From positions 1-35,926 of the IMG/VR virus record IMGVR_UViG_3300025451_000033: a stretch of 35,926 nt of DNA. One strand, written 5' to 3'. Below are positions 35,363 through 35,926 of the stretch, one piece after another. Both the position numbers and the translations under genes were made by a program. This DNA is from a virus (lineage: Duplodnaviria > Caudoviricetes). The stretch's first letter is position 1; every line of letters begins with the position of its first letter. The notes below the pieces were generated by a model. It did no database searches and was not told the origin of the DNA. It saw only the letters and a program-made list of their open reading frames with translations.

Positions 35363-35651
35363 TTTGCAACGGTCTGGACTAAATCACTATGTTCAGGTTT
35401 AGCGAAGGTTGTTTTCAAAAGTAGCGTTTGGTCAAGTATGTGTTATGATTGTTGTGTGTGGTTCTTGAAAACAATTCAAGTCGTTGTAATAATAGTAGTT
35501 GATTTTTGTTTTCAAATGATTGTTTTCAAATAAAATAGTCAAGATGATAGGTTTTTGATTGATTTATTTGAATACAAACATTTGTTTTCAATATTTATAT
35601 GGTAATAAGTTTGTATTCAAATAGTACAACAGATCTCAAGAGGAAATAAAT

Positions 35652-35926
35652 ATGAATAGTTTCGATGATGATAATGATAATGATGGTGATATGTTTGGTT
35701 CTGATTTAACAGACTTTAATCCTAATCTTGATAAGGAGGAAATTGAAAACACACTAAAAGAAATACATGATAAAGCTTATACTGGCGAGGATAAGACTTT
35801 AGACAGTAAAGCTAAGGTTCGTAAGGAATATGACCGTCCGGTATCATTTAGGATAAAAGGTGATCTTGATAAGAAAATAGATGCTATGGTTTTGAATACA
35901 AAGAAATCAAGAACAGATGTTTTTAA
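35652..35926 (+). CDS. Alternative allele of ORF 297..1070 (acidic N-terminus plus the same RHH), truncated by window end
   Basis: GAGG RBS; MNSFDDDNDNDGDMFGSDLTD...AKVR joins in frame to KEYDRPVSFRIKGDLDKK. Confidence 0.8.
   Translation, partial: MNSFDDDNDNDGDMFGSDLTDFNPNLDKEEIENTLKEIHDKAYTGEDKTLDSKAKVRKEYDRPVSFRIKGDLDKKIDAMVLNTKKSRTDVF
35821..35926. repeat. Direct repeat, right flank copy 2
   Basis: Identical to 778..883. Confidence 0.95.

Overview
The window looks like an essentially complete, probably circularly permuted, AT-rich temperate phage genome of about 35 kb with a Mu-like contractile tail. One + strand structural operon (6.5-30.4 kb) runs from terminase through portal, head, neck, sheath and tube, tape measure, baseplate and fibres. 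The left arm holds a translationally coupled tyrosine integrase and serine recombinase, a candidate attP with repeated TGCAAC boxes, and two promoter-leaderless ORF-terminator cassettes. Three GIY-YIG endonuclease genes are scattered through the genome. The right arm is the most interesting part. It carries a plasmid-like control module (an unannotated CopG-like RHH gene, a putative counter-transcribed RNA, then a minimal family-A, TV-Pol-like polymerase where a Rep would be) beside a skewed non-coding region with a strong G-quadruplex motif. Downstream are a degenerate GIY-YIG-like gene and three tandem putative small-RNA units. The two window ends carry alternative versions of one locus: identical 126-bp and 106-bp flanks surround different inserts that give one RHH protein two different N-termini and operator sets. 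I also see a -1 frameshift site in the tail chaperone, a split sheath gene and no recognisable endolysin. All protein calls come from motifs and synteny read by eye; no searches were run.
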